From: Mobula hypostoma
Lineage: Eukaryota
Length of the DNA: 64,000 nt
Assembly (NCBI RefSeq): GCF_963921235.1
Contig: NC_086107.1
Span: forward strand, 115,694,001 to 115,758,000
Direction: 5' to 3'
Program-made: the position numbers and the translations under genes
The notes under the pieces: generated by a model
The model's input: only the letters and a program-made list of their open reading frames with translations
Databases searched by the model: none
Told to the model about the DNA's origin: nothing
Shown here: piece by piece, positions 1 through 17,559 of the stretch
Layout: each line of letters opens with the position of its first letter
Position numbering within the stretch: position 1 is the stretch's first letter

Positions 1-138
1 CCCTCTGCCCACCCCTCTCTGTCCCTCCTTCCTCCCACCATTCACCCCCTCACATCCCTTCATCTTCCCATGTTACTCGTCAGTCACACACAGCGTCCCC
101 TCTCCCATCTCTCCTCCAGTCCCCCCCCACACGCTCAC

Positions 139-243
139 CTTGCCGCACAGGTAGACGACACCCGTGTCCTGGTCGTAGAAGGGGATCAGAACCCCACTGC
201 TCACATCAATCTCCTGCATCGACATTGGGTTATCCATGGATTT
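139..243 (-). CDS. CORO1A: Coronin-1A-like, coding exon 6 ([35 protein letters not shown]); gene continues beyond window start
   Basis: ttcccAG acceptor at 245-244, GTgagc donor at 138, 105 nt; coronin SSGVLxPFYDxDT...YLCGK motif. Confidence 0.95.
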
Positions 244-368
244 CTGGGAAGGGACGGGGTGGGGAGGAATTTGGCAGGGGTCAGACGGCATGATAGGCAG
301 CCATTAAACCCTCCCCCGACAACAACATTTCCCCACCCATTGACAGGAAAAATGTCACACCATTCCCC

Positions 369-786
369 AATCATTGACACCCTCCCCCGATCATCGACTC
401 CCTCCCCCGATCATCGTCACCCTCCCCCAATCATTGACACCCTCCCCCGATCATCGACACCCTCCCCCGATCATTGACACCCTCCCCCGGTCATTGACAC
501 CGTCCCTCGATCATTGACACCCTCCCCCGATCATCGACACCCTCCCCCGATCATTGACACCCTCCCCCGATCATTGACACCGTCCCTCGATCGACACCCT
601 CCCCTGACCCTCGACACCCTCCCCCGATCATTGACACCGTCCCTCGATCGACACCCTCCCCTGACCCTCGACACCCTCCCCGATCATTGACACCCTCCCC
701 TGATCATTGACACCGTCCCTCGATCATCAACACCCTCCCCTGACCCTCGACACCCTCCCCCTGACCCTCGACACCCTCCCCCGATC
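369..786. repeat. ~20-bp minisatellite (GATCATTGACACCCTCCCCC)n in coronin intron
   Basis: About 20 directly visible variant copies. Confidence 0.9.
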
Positions 787-1043
787 ATCCTCCAACATTC
801 ACTCCTCTCCCTTCCTTCCTCTTTCCACCTCACCCCTCCATCTTTTTTCCATCCTCATTCTCCCTCCCTCAGCCTCACCCTCCTCTCCCCCACTCCTCCT
901 TTCCCATCTTCCTCTCCCCTCCCTCTCCCTACCTCACTATCTCTTCTTCCCATCTACACCCCCTCTCCCTCCCAATCCCTCACACTCCTCTGTCCTCAGT
1001 CTATCCCCACTCCTCCATGAACCTCTTTCTCCCTCTCCCCATA

Positions 1044-2815
<1,772 letters not shown>

Positions 2816-3093
2816 CTACCCTGCAGTGATGTCATTCCCTCTCCACTCTGACCTTTACCCACACCAAGGGAGTACTCCTTGACCTATAACCCGACTGTGA
2901 CCCAGCCTCCTGCCTATATCCCCACTGTGACCCCACTCCCTGACCCACACCATCACCTTGACCCCACTCCCCGACCCACACCATCACCTTGACCCCACTC
3001 CCTGACCTATAACCCACTATGGCCTCACCTATAGCCCCAATGTCACCCGACGCCCTGACCTTTACCCAACAGTGACCACAATCGTGCTCTTTA

Positions 3094-4566
<1,473 letters not shown>

Positions 4567-4569
4567 TCA

Positions 4570-4749
<180 letters not shown>

Positions 4750-4760
4750 TTAAATTGTAG

Positions 4761-5846
4761 AGACACAGAGTGAGACTCCCTCCGCACCGTCCCATCACAC
4801 ACTCCCGGGGTCAGACACAGAGTGAAACTCCCTCCGCACCGTCCCATCACACACTCCCGGGGTCAGACACAGAGTGAGACTCCCTCCACACCGTCCCATC
4901 ACACACTCCCGGGGTCAGACACAGAGTGAATCTCCCTCCACACCGTCCCATCACACACTCCCGGGGTCAGACACAGAGTGAATCTCCCTCCACACCGTCC
5001 CATCACACACTCCCGGGGTCAGACACAGAGTGAGACTCCCTCCGCACCGTCCCATCACACACTCCCGGGGTCAGACACAGAGTGAATCTCCCTCCGCACC
5101 GTCCCATCACACACTCCCGGGGTCAGACACAGAGTGAATCTCCCTCCGCACCGTCCCATCACACACTCCCGGGGTCAGACACAGAGTGAATCTCCCTCCA
5201 CACCGTCCCATCACACACTCCCGGGGTCAGACACAGAGTGAATCTCCCTCCACACCGTCCCATCACACACTCCCGGGGTCAGACACAGAATCTCACTCCA
5301 CACCGTCCCATCACACACTCCCGGGGTCAGACACAGAGTGAATCTCCCTCCACACCGTCCCATCACACACTCCCGGGGTCAGACACAGAGTGAATCTCCC
5401 TCCACACCGTCCCATCACACACTCCCGGGGTCAGACACAGAGTGAATCTCCCTCCACACCGTCCCATCACACACTCCCGGGGTCAGACACAGAGTGAGAC
5501 TCCCTCCACACCGTCCCATCACACACTCCCGGGGTCAGACACAGAGTGAGACTCCCTCCGCACCGTCCCATCACACACTCCCGGAGTCAGACACAGAGTG
5601 AAGCTCCCTCCAGACCGTCCCATCACACACTCCCGGGGTCAGACACAGAGTGAATCTCCCTCCGCACCATCCCATCACACACTCCCGGCGTCAGACACAG
5701 AGACACAGAGTGAATCTCCCTCCACACCGTCCCATCACACACTCCCGGGGTCAGACACAGAGTGAAACTCCCTCCACACCGTCCCATCACACACTCTGGG
5801 GGTCAGAGACAGAGTGAAGCTCCCTCCACACCGTCCCATCACACAT
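4761..5846. repeat. 52-bp tandem repeat, about 21 copies (AGACACAGAGTGAATCTCCCTCCACACCGTCCCATCACACACTCCCGGGGTC)
   Basis: Period 52 (agacacag at 4761, 4813, 4865 ...); fills most of the intron. Confidence 0.95.
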
Positions 5847-5988
5847 ACTGTACATCCCTCCCATCTCTGTCGGCCCCTCCATTCCCTACACCCGCTCCTT
5901 ATCTCCATCACCCCCCGCGCCTCCTTGTCTACGTCATCCCTTCCCTCCCGTACACTCTCTCCCACCCCTACACCCCCTTCCTCCCTTA

Positions 5989-6309
<321 letters not shown>

Positions 6310-6529
6310 TTAGGTTCAGACCACAGGGAAGAGGCCCCAGACAGAATTATTTTATAAACGGCCATTTTGGCCACATCTGGAATTGTGCGGTCAGTTCTGA
6401 TTACCCGACATGAGGAAGGGTGTGGGGTCTCTGGAGAGGACGCACAAGAGGTTCTCCAGGATGCTGCCTGGATTAGAGGGCATGCGCTGTAAGAAGGGGT
6501 CAGAAAACTTCCGCTTTGGAGGGGGGTGA

Positions 6530-9522
6530 CCTGCTGGGGAAAGCCGCAGTGGTCCGGTCTCTGGGTCCTGTGGCTCAGGAGGGGAGGTGGAGGGAGTGAA
6601 GAAGAGGAGTGCAGAAGTGAGAGGCGATTGTGTAGGTACAGGAGATTCTGTGGATGTGAAAGAGACACACGGATGGTATGCTGCCTCCAAGGTGCCAGGG
6701 TCCGGGATGTCTCGGATCAGGTCCATGGCATTCCAAAGGGAGAAGGTGAACAGCCAGAAGTCATGGTACATATTGGTACCAACGGCACAGGGAGGAGGTC
6801 CTGAAGGGAGAATATGGGGAGCTGGGCAGAGAGCTGACCCATAATCTCCGTATTGCTGCCTGTGCCACGTACCACCGAGGGTAGGAAGAGGAGGATTTGG
6901 CAGGTGAAAGTGTGGCTGAGGAACTGGCAGGGGGCAGGGTTTCAGATTCCTGGACCTGTACAAGGGAACGCCAGGGGGACCAATATCCTTGCTGGAAAGC
7001 TTGCTAAAGCTGTTGGAGAGGGTGTGAACTACTTTGGCAGGGGATGGGGACTGGAATGATAGGGCTGAGTATGGGGTAGTTGGTATATGAGGAGATGTAG
7101 TTTGCAGTGAGACTGTGAGGAAGAACAAGCTGAAGTTAATAGGATGAGTTGCAGTGTAATGGGGGAAACGTTGAAAAGGGTGACGAATACAGGACTGAGG
7201 GTGTTATATTTGAATGTACGCAGTATATGAAACAAGGTAGATGAACTTGTAGCACAGTAACAGAGCGACAGATATGATGCTATAGGCATCACTGAGTCAT
7301 GGCTGGAAGACAATTATAGTCCGGAGGTTAACATCCAAAGATCTCAGGTGGTGATGAGGGGGCGTACAGGAGTGAGATATGCCAACTAGTGGAATGGTGC
7401 CACAGCAACAACCTGGCACTCAACGTCAGTAAGACGAAAGAGCTGATTGTGGACTTCAGGAAGGGTAAGACGAAGGATCACATACCAATCCTCACAGAGG
7501 GATCAGAAGTGGAGAGAGTGAGCAGCTTCAAGTTCCTGGGTGTCAGGATCTCTGAGGACCTAACCTGGTCCCAACACACTGATGTAGTCATAAAGGAGGC
7601 AAGACAGCAGCTATACTTTATTGGGTTTGAAGCGATTTGACATGTCAACAAATACACTCAAAAACTTCTATAGTTGTACCGTGGAGAGCATTCTGACAGG
7701 CTGCATCACTGTCTGGTATGGAGGGGCTACTGCACAGGACCGAAAGAAGCTGCAGATGGTTGTAAATCTAGTCAGTTCCATCTTGGGTACCAGCCTACAA
7801 AGTACCCAGAACATCTTCAGGGAGCGGTGTCTCAGAAAGGCAGCGTCCATTATTAAAGATCTCCAGCACCCAGGGCATGCCCTTTTCTCACTGTTACCAT
7901 CAGGTAAGAGATACAGAAGCCTGAAGGCACACACTCAGCGATTCAGGAACAGCTTCTTCCCCTCTGCCATCCGATTCCTAAATGGACACTGAAGCTTTGG
8001 ACACTACCTCACTTTTTTTAATATACAGTATTTCTGTTTTTGCACATTTTTAAATTATCTATTCAATATATGTAATTGATTTGCTTGTTAATTTATTATT
8101 ATGTTTTATTATATTTATTTTTTTCTCTCTCTCTGCTAGATTAGGCATTGTATTGAACTGCTGCTGCTAAGTTAACACATTTCATGTCACATGCCGATGA
8201 TAATGAATCTGATTCTGAGGATACACATTGTACCAAAACGACAGGCAGGAAGGCAGAGGGGGAGGGGTGGCTCTGTCTGTAAAACATGAAATCAAATCCT
8301 TAGGAAGAACTGACATAGAATTCGAAGATGTAGAATCCTTGTGGGTAGAGTTAAGAAACTGCAAAGGTAAAAAGACCCTGATGGGATTTACATACAGATC
8401 TCCGACAGGATGTGGCATATAAGTTACACCAGGAGGTAGAAAGGCTTGTAATAAGGGCAATGTTACAATAGTCATGGAGAATTTCAATATGCTGGTAGAT
8501 CGGGGACAAATGGTTATTGCTAGAACCATAGAGAGGGAATTTGTAGAATGGTTTTTCAGAGTGGCTTGTAGCCCACTAGGGGATCAGCTATTCTTGTGGC
8601 CAAGTTTGTGGATGATACAAAGATAGGTGGAGTTGCTGATTGGCAGTGTTGAGGAAGCAGGGTGACTGCAGAAGGACTTGGACACATTGGGAGAATGGAC
8701 ATAGAGGTGGCAGATGGATGTATGGTCATGCACTTTGGTAGATGGAATAAAGGCGCAGATTATTTTCTAAATGGGGATAAAATTCAAAAATCAGAGGTGC
8801 AAAGCGATTTGGGAGTTCTGATGCAGGATTCTCTAAAGGTTAATTTGCTGGTTGAGTTGGTGGTGAGGAAGGCAAATGCAATGTTAGCATTCATTTCGAG
8901 AGGACGAGGATATAAAAACAAGGATGTAATGCTGAGGCTCAATTAGGCGCTGGTCAAACCACATTTGTAGGATTGTGAACGGTTTTGGGCTCCTTATTTA
9001 AGAAAAGATGTGTTGGCATTGGAGGGGTCAGAGGATGTTCACGAGAGTGAACCCAGGAATAATGTTAACGCATGAGAAGTGTTTGATGGCTCTGGGCCTG
9101 TACTCGCTTGAGTTTAGAAGAATGAGAGGGGATCTCATTGAAACCTATTACATAGCGAAAGCCCTAGTTAGAGTGGATATGGAGAGGGTGTTTCCTGTAG
9201 CGGGGGAGTATAAGACCAGAGGGCACAGGCTCAGAATTGAGGGACATCCAATTAGAGCAGAGATGAGGGAAAATGTCTTTGGCCTGAGGGTAGGGAAACT
9301 GTGGAGTTCATTACCAAAGTCAGTTGTGGACGCCAAGTCAGTGTACCCATTTACAGTGGAGGTTAATAGATTCTTGATTAGTCAGAGCTTCAAAGGTTAC
9401 GAGAAGAAGGCAGGAGAATGGGGTTGAGGGGGATAATAAATCAGCCATGATGGAATGGAGGAGCAGACTGGATAGACTGAACGCCTTAATTCTGCTCCTC
9501 TGTCACTTGGTCTTATGGTCTT
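6530..9522 (+). mobile_element. Decayed, internally deleted CR1-clade LINE (ORF1 esterase remnant, APE, 3' RT, tail), interrupted by a Rex-Babar insert
   Basis: CLQGARVRDVS..VMVHIGTN (SGNH esterase ORF1), [43 protein letters not shown], tcttatggtctt tail. Confidence 0.85.
7340..8218 (+). mobile_element. Rex1/Babar-clade LINE, 5'-truncated
   Basis: WCHSNNLALNVSKTKELIVDFR, SFKFLG, FYSCTVESILTGCITVWYG, HPGHALFSLLPSG; (ATTCTG)n-type tail; splits the CR1 APE between NIQ and GYTL. Confidence 0.9.
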
Positions 9523-9900
9523 GACCTGGGTTGCTTTCTCTAGAATGGTGACAGCTGAGGGGAGACCCAGTCAAGGTTCATAAGATTATGGGAGGTACGT
9601 AAAGAGCAGGCAGTCAATATCTTTTCACCCAGGGGTAAATGTCTAATATCAGAGGGCATGCATTTAAGGTGAGAGAGGATAAGCTCAAAGGAGATGTCTA
9701 GGGCAAGTTTTGCTTTACACAGAGAGTGGTGTCCCTGGAATGTGCTGCAGACATGATGGAGGAGATTAAGATGCTGTTAGACATATGGATGTACAGAGAA
9801 TGGAGGGAAATGGACTCTGTGTAGGCAGAAGGGATTAGTTTAAGTTGGGACCATTAGTTTAATAATTTCAGCTGAAGGGCCTCTTTTGTGCTGTTCGATG
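9523..9900 (+). mobile_element. Decayed CR1 3' fragment
   Basis: RGHAFKVR / TQRVV-like remnants and a CR1-type 3' UTR. Confidence 0.65.
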
Positions 9901-10139
9901 TTCTGGATCCCCCTGAATTCTCTGGCCCTTCCCCCCCCCACCTCAGGGAGGTTTCCCACTGTCTACCCCATCTACAGTCCCCCCCCTACCGTGGGTATGT
10001 TCATCTCCACCAACGCTCCCCACTTCCCATCTCCTCTGCTCCGAGAAGAACTGACCCAGCCACTCCATTCTCTGAGACGCTCCATCCCAGGCAATGGTGG
10101 TGGGAATAGGAACAACATGAAACACAGGGAGCCTCATCA

Positions 10140-10560
10140 CCGAAAACACTAACAAACTTCTACAGGTGTCTTGTTGGTAGTGTTCACGGTCTGGGACAGC
10201 AATTCAAATGCAAAGTGATGTAGGAAGCTGTGGGGTGTAGTTGTCTTGGCCGGATACATTACGGGCACATCCCTCACCACCACTGGTACTGCCTACAGGA
10301 GGGGCTGCCTCAGGAAGGTAACACCCCCCATCAAAGATTCCCCACCCCATCCAGGCCATGCCAACGTCTCTCACAGCTCCCAGCGGGCAGGGGTACAGAA
10401 GCCTGAAGTCCCACACCACCAGGCCAGGAACAGCGACTTACCTTCAACCATTCAGTTCATGAACAACCCTAAACACTGCCTCAGTACAGAAACACTGTTC
10501 ACTGAAAGGGACATTTTTAATACTGAGGTTTCTTATATAATTTACGTATCATTTATACTG
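10140..10560 (+). mobile_element. Decayed Rex-Babar 3' fragment
   Basis: YRRGCLRKVTPPIKDSPPHPGHA resembles the Rex RCLRKAxxIIKDxxHPGH motif. Confidence 0.65.
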
Positions 10561-10739
10561 CTCTTGTTGCCAAGCTCCTGGGAATCACACATCAATAGGA
10601 GACGCTGGAGTATGTGTAGTGAGAGACAGATTTCAAAAGAAGCGAGTGGGGGCAGTTGGGACATTCTGCGCATTACTAGGAGATGTTGGAGTGTGCGAAA
10701 TTAAGCACTTGACGAGGTCCAATAAAAAGAAGTTAGGTT

Positions 10740-13700
10740 TATGTGGAGCGGCCATAGTGTGAACGGGCCAGTGTTAGAGTGGGGAGTTCAGGCTTTGGTT
10801 CATCGAGGCTTCGGCGAGGGGAGGCAGAGGCTTTAGGTTGTTTGTTTTTATTAAATTTTTCTTTCTTTCTTATTACACAGCTAGAGCAGAGGGGATGCCA
10901 GGCAGCTGAGTGGAATACTCCTCTTGTGGGGTGTGGGAAGGCAGGGAGACCTCCGATGTCCCTGACAACTACAACTTGAGAAGAGCATCCAGTTGCAGCT
11001 TCCAACAATCCGTGTTAAGGAATTGGAGCTGGAACTGGATGAACTCCAGGCGGCCAAGGGGTTGGTCAACAGGACCTACAGGGAGGTAGTTACACCCAAA
11101 GTGCAGGACACAGCTGACTGGGTGACTATCCAGAGAGGGAAAAGGGATAGGCCGCCAGTGCAGAGTACTGCTGTAACCATTTCCCTCATAAACAGGTATA
11201 CTGCATCGGATACTGTTGTGTGATGTCCTGGCAGAGGAAAGCCGCAGCAGTCACGTCTCTGGCACTGAGTCTGGCTCTGTGGCTTAGAAGGGAAGGGGGA
11301 AGAAGAGGTGAGATGTAGTGACAGGGGATTCATTGGTTAGAGGAACAGCTCTGTGGATGGGAACGAGATTCCCGGACCCACAGGCGCCAGGGCTAGGGAC
11401 ATCTCGGACAGAGTCCATGGCATTCTTAATTGGAAGGGTGAGCAGCCGCAGGTTGTGATCTGTGTCCGTATCAATGACATGAGTAGTAAAGGTGACAAGG
11501 TCCTGCAAAGTGAGTTTAGGGAATTAGATGCTAAATTAAAGGACAGGACATCCATTGTTTCAGACAAGCTAGAGCAGGAGGGGTTAAAGGGAATGATGGT
11601 GTTACCTGTCAGGGTAACTATCATTTCAGTGCTCAGTCAGGGTAGACTGGAGAACTTGCCTACTGAGGCTTTCTCCCGAGGAATAAGAAAGGGATGACCA
11701 ATTTAATGGGATTATATTATAGTACAACCAACAGTCCACAGTAATTAGGGGAGCAAATTTGTAAAGAGATTGCAGACTGTTGCAAGAAACGTAAGTTTGT
11801 GATAGTAGGTGATTTTAACTTTCTGCATATTGACTGGGACTCCCATGCTGTAAAAGGGCTGGATGGGAAATAGTTTGTCAAATTAAGTTTCCAGAGCTGC
11901 CAACTAGAGAGAGTGTGACACTATTAGGGAGTGAGACAGGTCAGGTGACAGAAGTCTGTGTAGGAGAACACTTTGCATCCAATGATCATAATGCCATTAG
12001 TTTCACTGTAATTATGGAAAAGGGCAGATGTCTCATCCTCAGGTTGAGATTCTAAGTTAAAGAAAGGCCAATTTTGATGGAATCAGAAAGGATCCAGCAT
12101 GTGTGGATTGGGACAGGTTGTTTTCTGGCAAGAAGAGGACCTTCAGAAGTGAAATTTTGGGAGTATGGAGTTGGTATGTTCCTGCAGAATAAAAAACAAC
12201 CTTGGTTTTTGAGAGATATTGAGCCCCTGGTCAAGTGCATAGCAGGGTTAGGCAGGTAGGAACAAATGAGGTGCCCAGGGAGTATAAGAATACAAGAGAT
12301 CACTTATGAAGGAAATCAGGAAGGCTAAAAGAAGGCATGATGTTGCTCGAGCAGATAAAGAGATGGAGAATCCCAAGGGGTTCATCAAGAAGGTTCAAGA
12401 GTTGAGGTGGCTTGGCATTCCTAAATTGGAATAGACATTGGCTCTGTGGGAGAAGCCAGAGAGTGGTAGTAGATGGTTGCCTCTCTGACTGGAGACCTGT
12501 GACTAGTCGTGTGCCGCAGGGATCAGTGCTGGGTGGGTCCATTGTTCTTTGTCATCCATATCAATTATCTGGATGATAATGTAGCAAACCGGATCAGCAA
12601 GTTTTCAGATGACACAAAGACTTGGGGTGTAGTGGGCAATGAGGAAGACGATCAAAGCTTGCAGCAGAATCTAGACTAGCTGGAAATATGGCTGAACAAA
12701 TGTCAGATGGAATTAAATGCAGACAAGTGTGAGGTGTTACACTTTGGGAGGACAAACTAGGGTAGGTCTTACACAGTGAACAGTAGGGCACTGAGGAGTG
12801 TGGTAGAACAGAGGGATCTGGGAATACCGATGCATAATCCTCAGAAGTTGTGTCACAATAGATAGGGTTATAAAGAGAGCTTTTGGCACATTGGCCTTCA
12901 TAAATCAAAATATTGAGTACAGGAGATGGGTGTCACGGTCCCAACCATTAATTCCCTATTTTCTCCTAATTCCCTTTGATTGTGCCACGGTTCTGACTGT
13001 TAATTCCCCATTTTCTCTTAACTTCCTTTGATGGCGACACACCTGCAGCATAAGAACCCTGGCTTCGCAACCACTAGTTGCCAGATCGTTGGTTTTGCCT
13101 GTGTGGTAATTAACATTTCCTGGCCGCTTAGGATTGTGTGTTCTAAGTTTTGCTTCAATACCGAGATTTACCTGTGAAACTCAGTCTCTCTGTGTCAAGA
13201 TAAGTCTTTTAAGTTTTACTTCAGCACTGAGGTTTACCTCTGTAACTCCGTCTCTCCATGCTAAGAAAAATTTTGTCTGCCGCTTCCCTTTCTCCGCTCC
13301 ATGTCAAGATCAGTTCTGCCTGTCTCCTGCCTTCCTGCACTTTCTCCTGTTCGCTGTTCAATGCTCACGCCCGCGTCCGCATCCTAACGCAACCTCCGTG
13401 CCTGTGTCCTGCGCTTGGGTTCGCCTCATTCATTGCAACAAGGAGATGTTATGTTGAAGTTGTATGTGGGAGTATTGTGTTCCTATCTACCCATAGGAAA
13501 GATACCAAGAAAATGGAAAGAGTGCAGAGAAAATTTATAAGGATGTTGCAGAGTCTTGAGGACCTGAGTTATAGGGAAAGGTTAAATAGGGTAGACTTTA
13601 TTCCCTGGAGCATAGGAGAATGAGGGGAGATTTAATAGAGGTATACAAAATTGAGAGGTATAGCTAGGGTAGATGCAGGCAGACATTTTGCACTGAGACT

Positions 13701-14335
13701 AGAGCTAGAGGTCATGGGTTAAGGGAGAAAGGTGAAATTTCTAAGGGGAATTTATAAGCGATGAGGGAGATCGGAGCATCAAGGTGAGTGTGGAGGGTGA
13801 ACATCTGCTGCCTATCTTTTGATCGCTCTGTACCGGAGAGGGGACAGCCTGCCACTATGCATGGAGAGTGCTGCCCAGGGTGTCTGCATTTTGGATGTGG
13901 ACTTGGACTATAGATATTTTTTTATTTTGTGATTTTCGCCTGATCTTTCTAGTTTTTTCTGTGTGGGAGGCAGGGATTTAGGGGTCAATATGCCTGTTCC
14001 ATTTTGTTCATTTTTTTGTGTGGGGAGGTGGGATTCAGAGGTTGATGACCGTGCTGACGTTCTTTTCTCTCTTAGTTTCATGGCTACCTGGAGAAGAAGA
14101 ATTTCAGAGTTGTATACTTCGATAATACATAAATGAATCTTTTGAACCTCTTCACACAGAGGGTGGGGAGAGTATGAAACAAGCTGCCAGTGCAAGTGAC
14201 GGATTTGGGTTCAAGTTCAGCACAAAGAGAAATTTGGATAGGTACAGAGATGTGAGGGGTAAGGAGAGTCAGGTCTGTGCGTAGATTGATGAGACTAGGC
14301 AGATTAATAGTTTGGCAAAGACTATAAAACCATAT
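10740..14335 (+). mobile_element. Decayed near-full-length CR1 LINE with nested inserts (12931-13440 and ~13755-14145)
   Basis: ORF1 coiled coil RVKELELELDEL, esterase remnant, GDFN, VPQGSVL, KFSDDTK, ERVQRKFIRM. Confidence 0.8.
12931..13440. mobile_element. Putative solo LTR inserted in CR1
   Basis: Begins TGTCAC, ends GCAACA, 510 bp, and interrupts contiguous CR1 sequence; no clean TSD seen. Confidence 0.55.
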
Positions 14336-17300
14336 ACCATGAGACACATGCACAGAAGTACCGTATGTACACTATGTGGCCCATCAAGTCAGCTCCATCA
14401 TTTGATCCTGGCTGATCCATTTCCCTTTCACTCCATTCTTCTGCCTTCTCCCTGGAACCTTTCATGCCCTGATTTATCAAGAACCAATCAACCTCCATGT
14501 TAAATAAACCCAATGACTAGGCCTCCATAAATGCCTGTGGCGATGAATTCCACAGATTCACCACTCTCTGGCTGAAGAAATTCCTCCTCATCTCCGTTCT
14601 AAAAGTATGTACCTCTATTCTGAGGTTGTGCCCTCCAGCCCTAGATTCCATCACTATAGGAAAAGTCCTTTCTATCTGTGTCCTCAAGCCCTAGATGCCA
14701 TCTCTATAGGAAACATCCTTTCCACATCCACTCCATCTAGATTTTTCAGCATTCGATAGGTTAAAATGAGGTCACCTCTCATTCTTCTGAATTCCAGTGA
14801 GTACAGGCCCAGAGCCATCAAATGCTCCTCGTGTGACAAACCTTTCATTCCCAGAATTATTTTTGTGAACCTCCTTTGAACCCTCTCCAATGTCAACACA
14901 TCCTTTCTTAGATTAGGGACCGATAACTGATCACAATACTCCAAGTGAGGCCTCACCTGCGCTGTATGAAGTCTCAGCATTACATCCTTGCTTTTATATT
15001 CTAGTTCTCTTGAAATGAAAATAATGCTAATGTTGCATTTTCTTTCCTCACCATAGACTCAACCTGCAAGTTAGCCTTTAGGGAATCCTGCACAAGGATT
15101 CCCAAGTCCCTCTGCACCTTGGATTTTTGAGTTTTCTCTCCATTTAGAAAATAGTCTATTGTTTATTCCTTCTACCTAAGCACATGGCCATACATCTCCC
15201 GTTGATATATTCCCTCTGCCACTTTTTAGCCCATTTTCCTAATCTAGGTCCTTCTGCAGCCGGCCTGCTCCCTCAGCTCTACCAGCCTGTCCACCTCTCT
15301 GCCCACATATCATCCGCAAACCTGGGCACAAAACCTTCAATTATGTCATCCAAATCATTAACATATAACAAATAAACGCTTCTTATTGCTTCCAGCCACG
15401 TACAGGTATTGATTTTAACTGGCTGGAAGCCCAAGAAGTGTTTATTTATCATATTCCCCAGGAAAGCACTACATCCTTAAAGTGAAGCAGTCCTAACAGC
15501 AACCCCTGTGGACACCAGCAGCCAATCAGGAAAGGCTCCCTTTATTCCCACTCTTTGCTTCCTACCAATCAGCTGCTGCTTTATCCGTGCTAATATCTTT
15601 CCCGTAATGCTGCGGACTCTTATCTTGTTTAACAGCCTCATGTGTGGCACCCTGTCAAAGGCCTTCTGAAAATCCGTACATAACATCCTTTCTCTATCCT
15701 GCCTGTTATTTCCTCAAAACATTCCAAAAGACTTGTCGGGCAAGATTTTCCCTTAAGGAAACCATGCTGACTGTGGCCTATTTTGTCATGTGTGTCCAAG
15801 TACTCTGAAACCTGATCCTTAACAGTTGAATCCAACATCTTCCCAGCCATTGAGGTCAACTTAACTGGCCTATAATTTCCTTTCTTCTGCCTCCCTCCCT
15901 TCTTGAAGAATGGAGGGACACTTGCAATATTCCAATAATCTGGAACCATTCCAGATTCTTGAAGGATCATAACTAATGTCTCCACCATCACTTCAGCCAC
16001 TTCATTCAGAACCCTGGAGTGTAGACCATCTGCTCCAGGTGATTTAACTACAGTATCTACAAATCTTTCAGCTCCCAAAGCACCTTCTCCCTCATAACAG
16101 CAACTGCACTCACTTCTGAATCATGGCACTCTCAAACTTGTGGCATGCTGCTAGTGTCTTCAGAGTAAAGAATGATGAAAGTTACTTATTCAGTTTGACT
16201 GCAATTTCTTTTTCCCACATTACTAGCTCTCCTGTGTTATTTTCCAATAGTCCAATATCCACCTCACCTCCCTACTAGTCCTTAGGTATCTTTTAATCCT
16301 CTTATATCATCGGCGAGCTTACCTTCATATTTCATCTTTTCTCTCATTACTTTTTTAGTTGCCTTCTGTTGGGTTTTAAAAGCTTCTCAATCCTCTAACT
16401 TCCCACTAATTTTTGCTCTATTATATACCCTCTCCTTTACTTTTATGCTGTCTTTGACTCCCCTTGTCAGCCACGGTTGTATCAACCTCCTTGTAGAATA
16501 CTTCTCCTTTGGGTTGTATCTATCCTGCACCTTCTGAGTTACTCCCAAAAACTCTAGCCATGGCTACTCTGCCATCATCCAAGCTAATGTCCCCTTCCAA
16601 TCAACTTTGGCCAGCTCCTCTCTCGCACCTCTGTAATTTCCCTTACTCTATTGTTATACTGATATATATGACTTTATCTTCTCCCTCTCAAACTGTAGAG
16701 TGAATTATATCATATTAGAATCACGGCCTCCTAAGGATTCCTTTACCTTAAGCTCCCTAATCAAACCCAGATCATTACATAACACCCAGTCCAGAACATC
16801 TGATCCCCTAGAGGACTCAACTATAAGCTGCTCTAAGAAACCATCTCGTAAGCATTCTACAAATTCTCTCTCTTGGGAATTAAAATCAGCACCAACCCAA
16901 TTTCCCCAATCTACCTGTATACTGAAATCCCTCCCCTATGACTATTGTAAAATTGTTCTTTTTAATGTGTATTTTCTATCTCCCATTGTAACTTGTAGCC
17001 CACGGCTGTCTACTGTTTGAGGCTCCCATCAGAGTCTTTTTACCCTTGCCCTGCCCACAATGATTCTACATCTTCCAATCCTATGTCACCTCCTACTAGG
17101 GATTTGATTTCATGTTTTGCCAGCGGAGTGAGGCCACCCACTCTGCCTACCTGCCTGTCCTTTTGGCACAATGTGCATCTTTGAATGCCAAGCTCTCAAC
17201 TAAAATCTTCTTTCAGCCATGGCTCCGTGATGCCTACAGCATCATATCTTCCCAATCTCTTACTGTGCTACAAGACCATCTACCTCATTCCATATACTAT

Positions 17301-17500
17301 GTGCATTCAAATATAACACCTTCAGACCTATATTCATCGTCCTTTTCCATTTTGCACCCATGTTACACTTCAACTCATCCCACTGACTTCAGTTTTGTAC
17401 CGCCATCTGCCTGTCCTTCCTGACAATCACTACATGCCTCTGCTTGTAAACCCACTACCCATCCTGTTTCCCACCCCCCTGCAGCATGTTTTAAACACTC
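14336..17500 (-). mobile_element. Decayed CR1 LINE (most of ORF2)
   Basis: KSPGADGLHSRVL, GNYRPVKLTS, SQHGFLKGKSC, DFQKAFDRVPH, RPHLEYC, LERVQRRFTK. Confidence 0.85.
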
Positions 17501-17559
17501 TACCATGATGGGCTGAAGGGCGTGTTATTGTGTTGTACTGCTCTTTGACTCCATGACTC

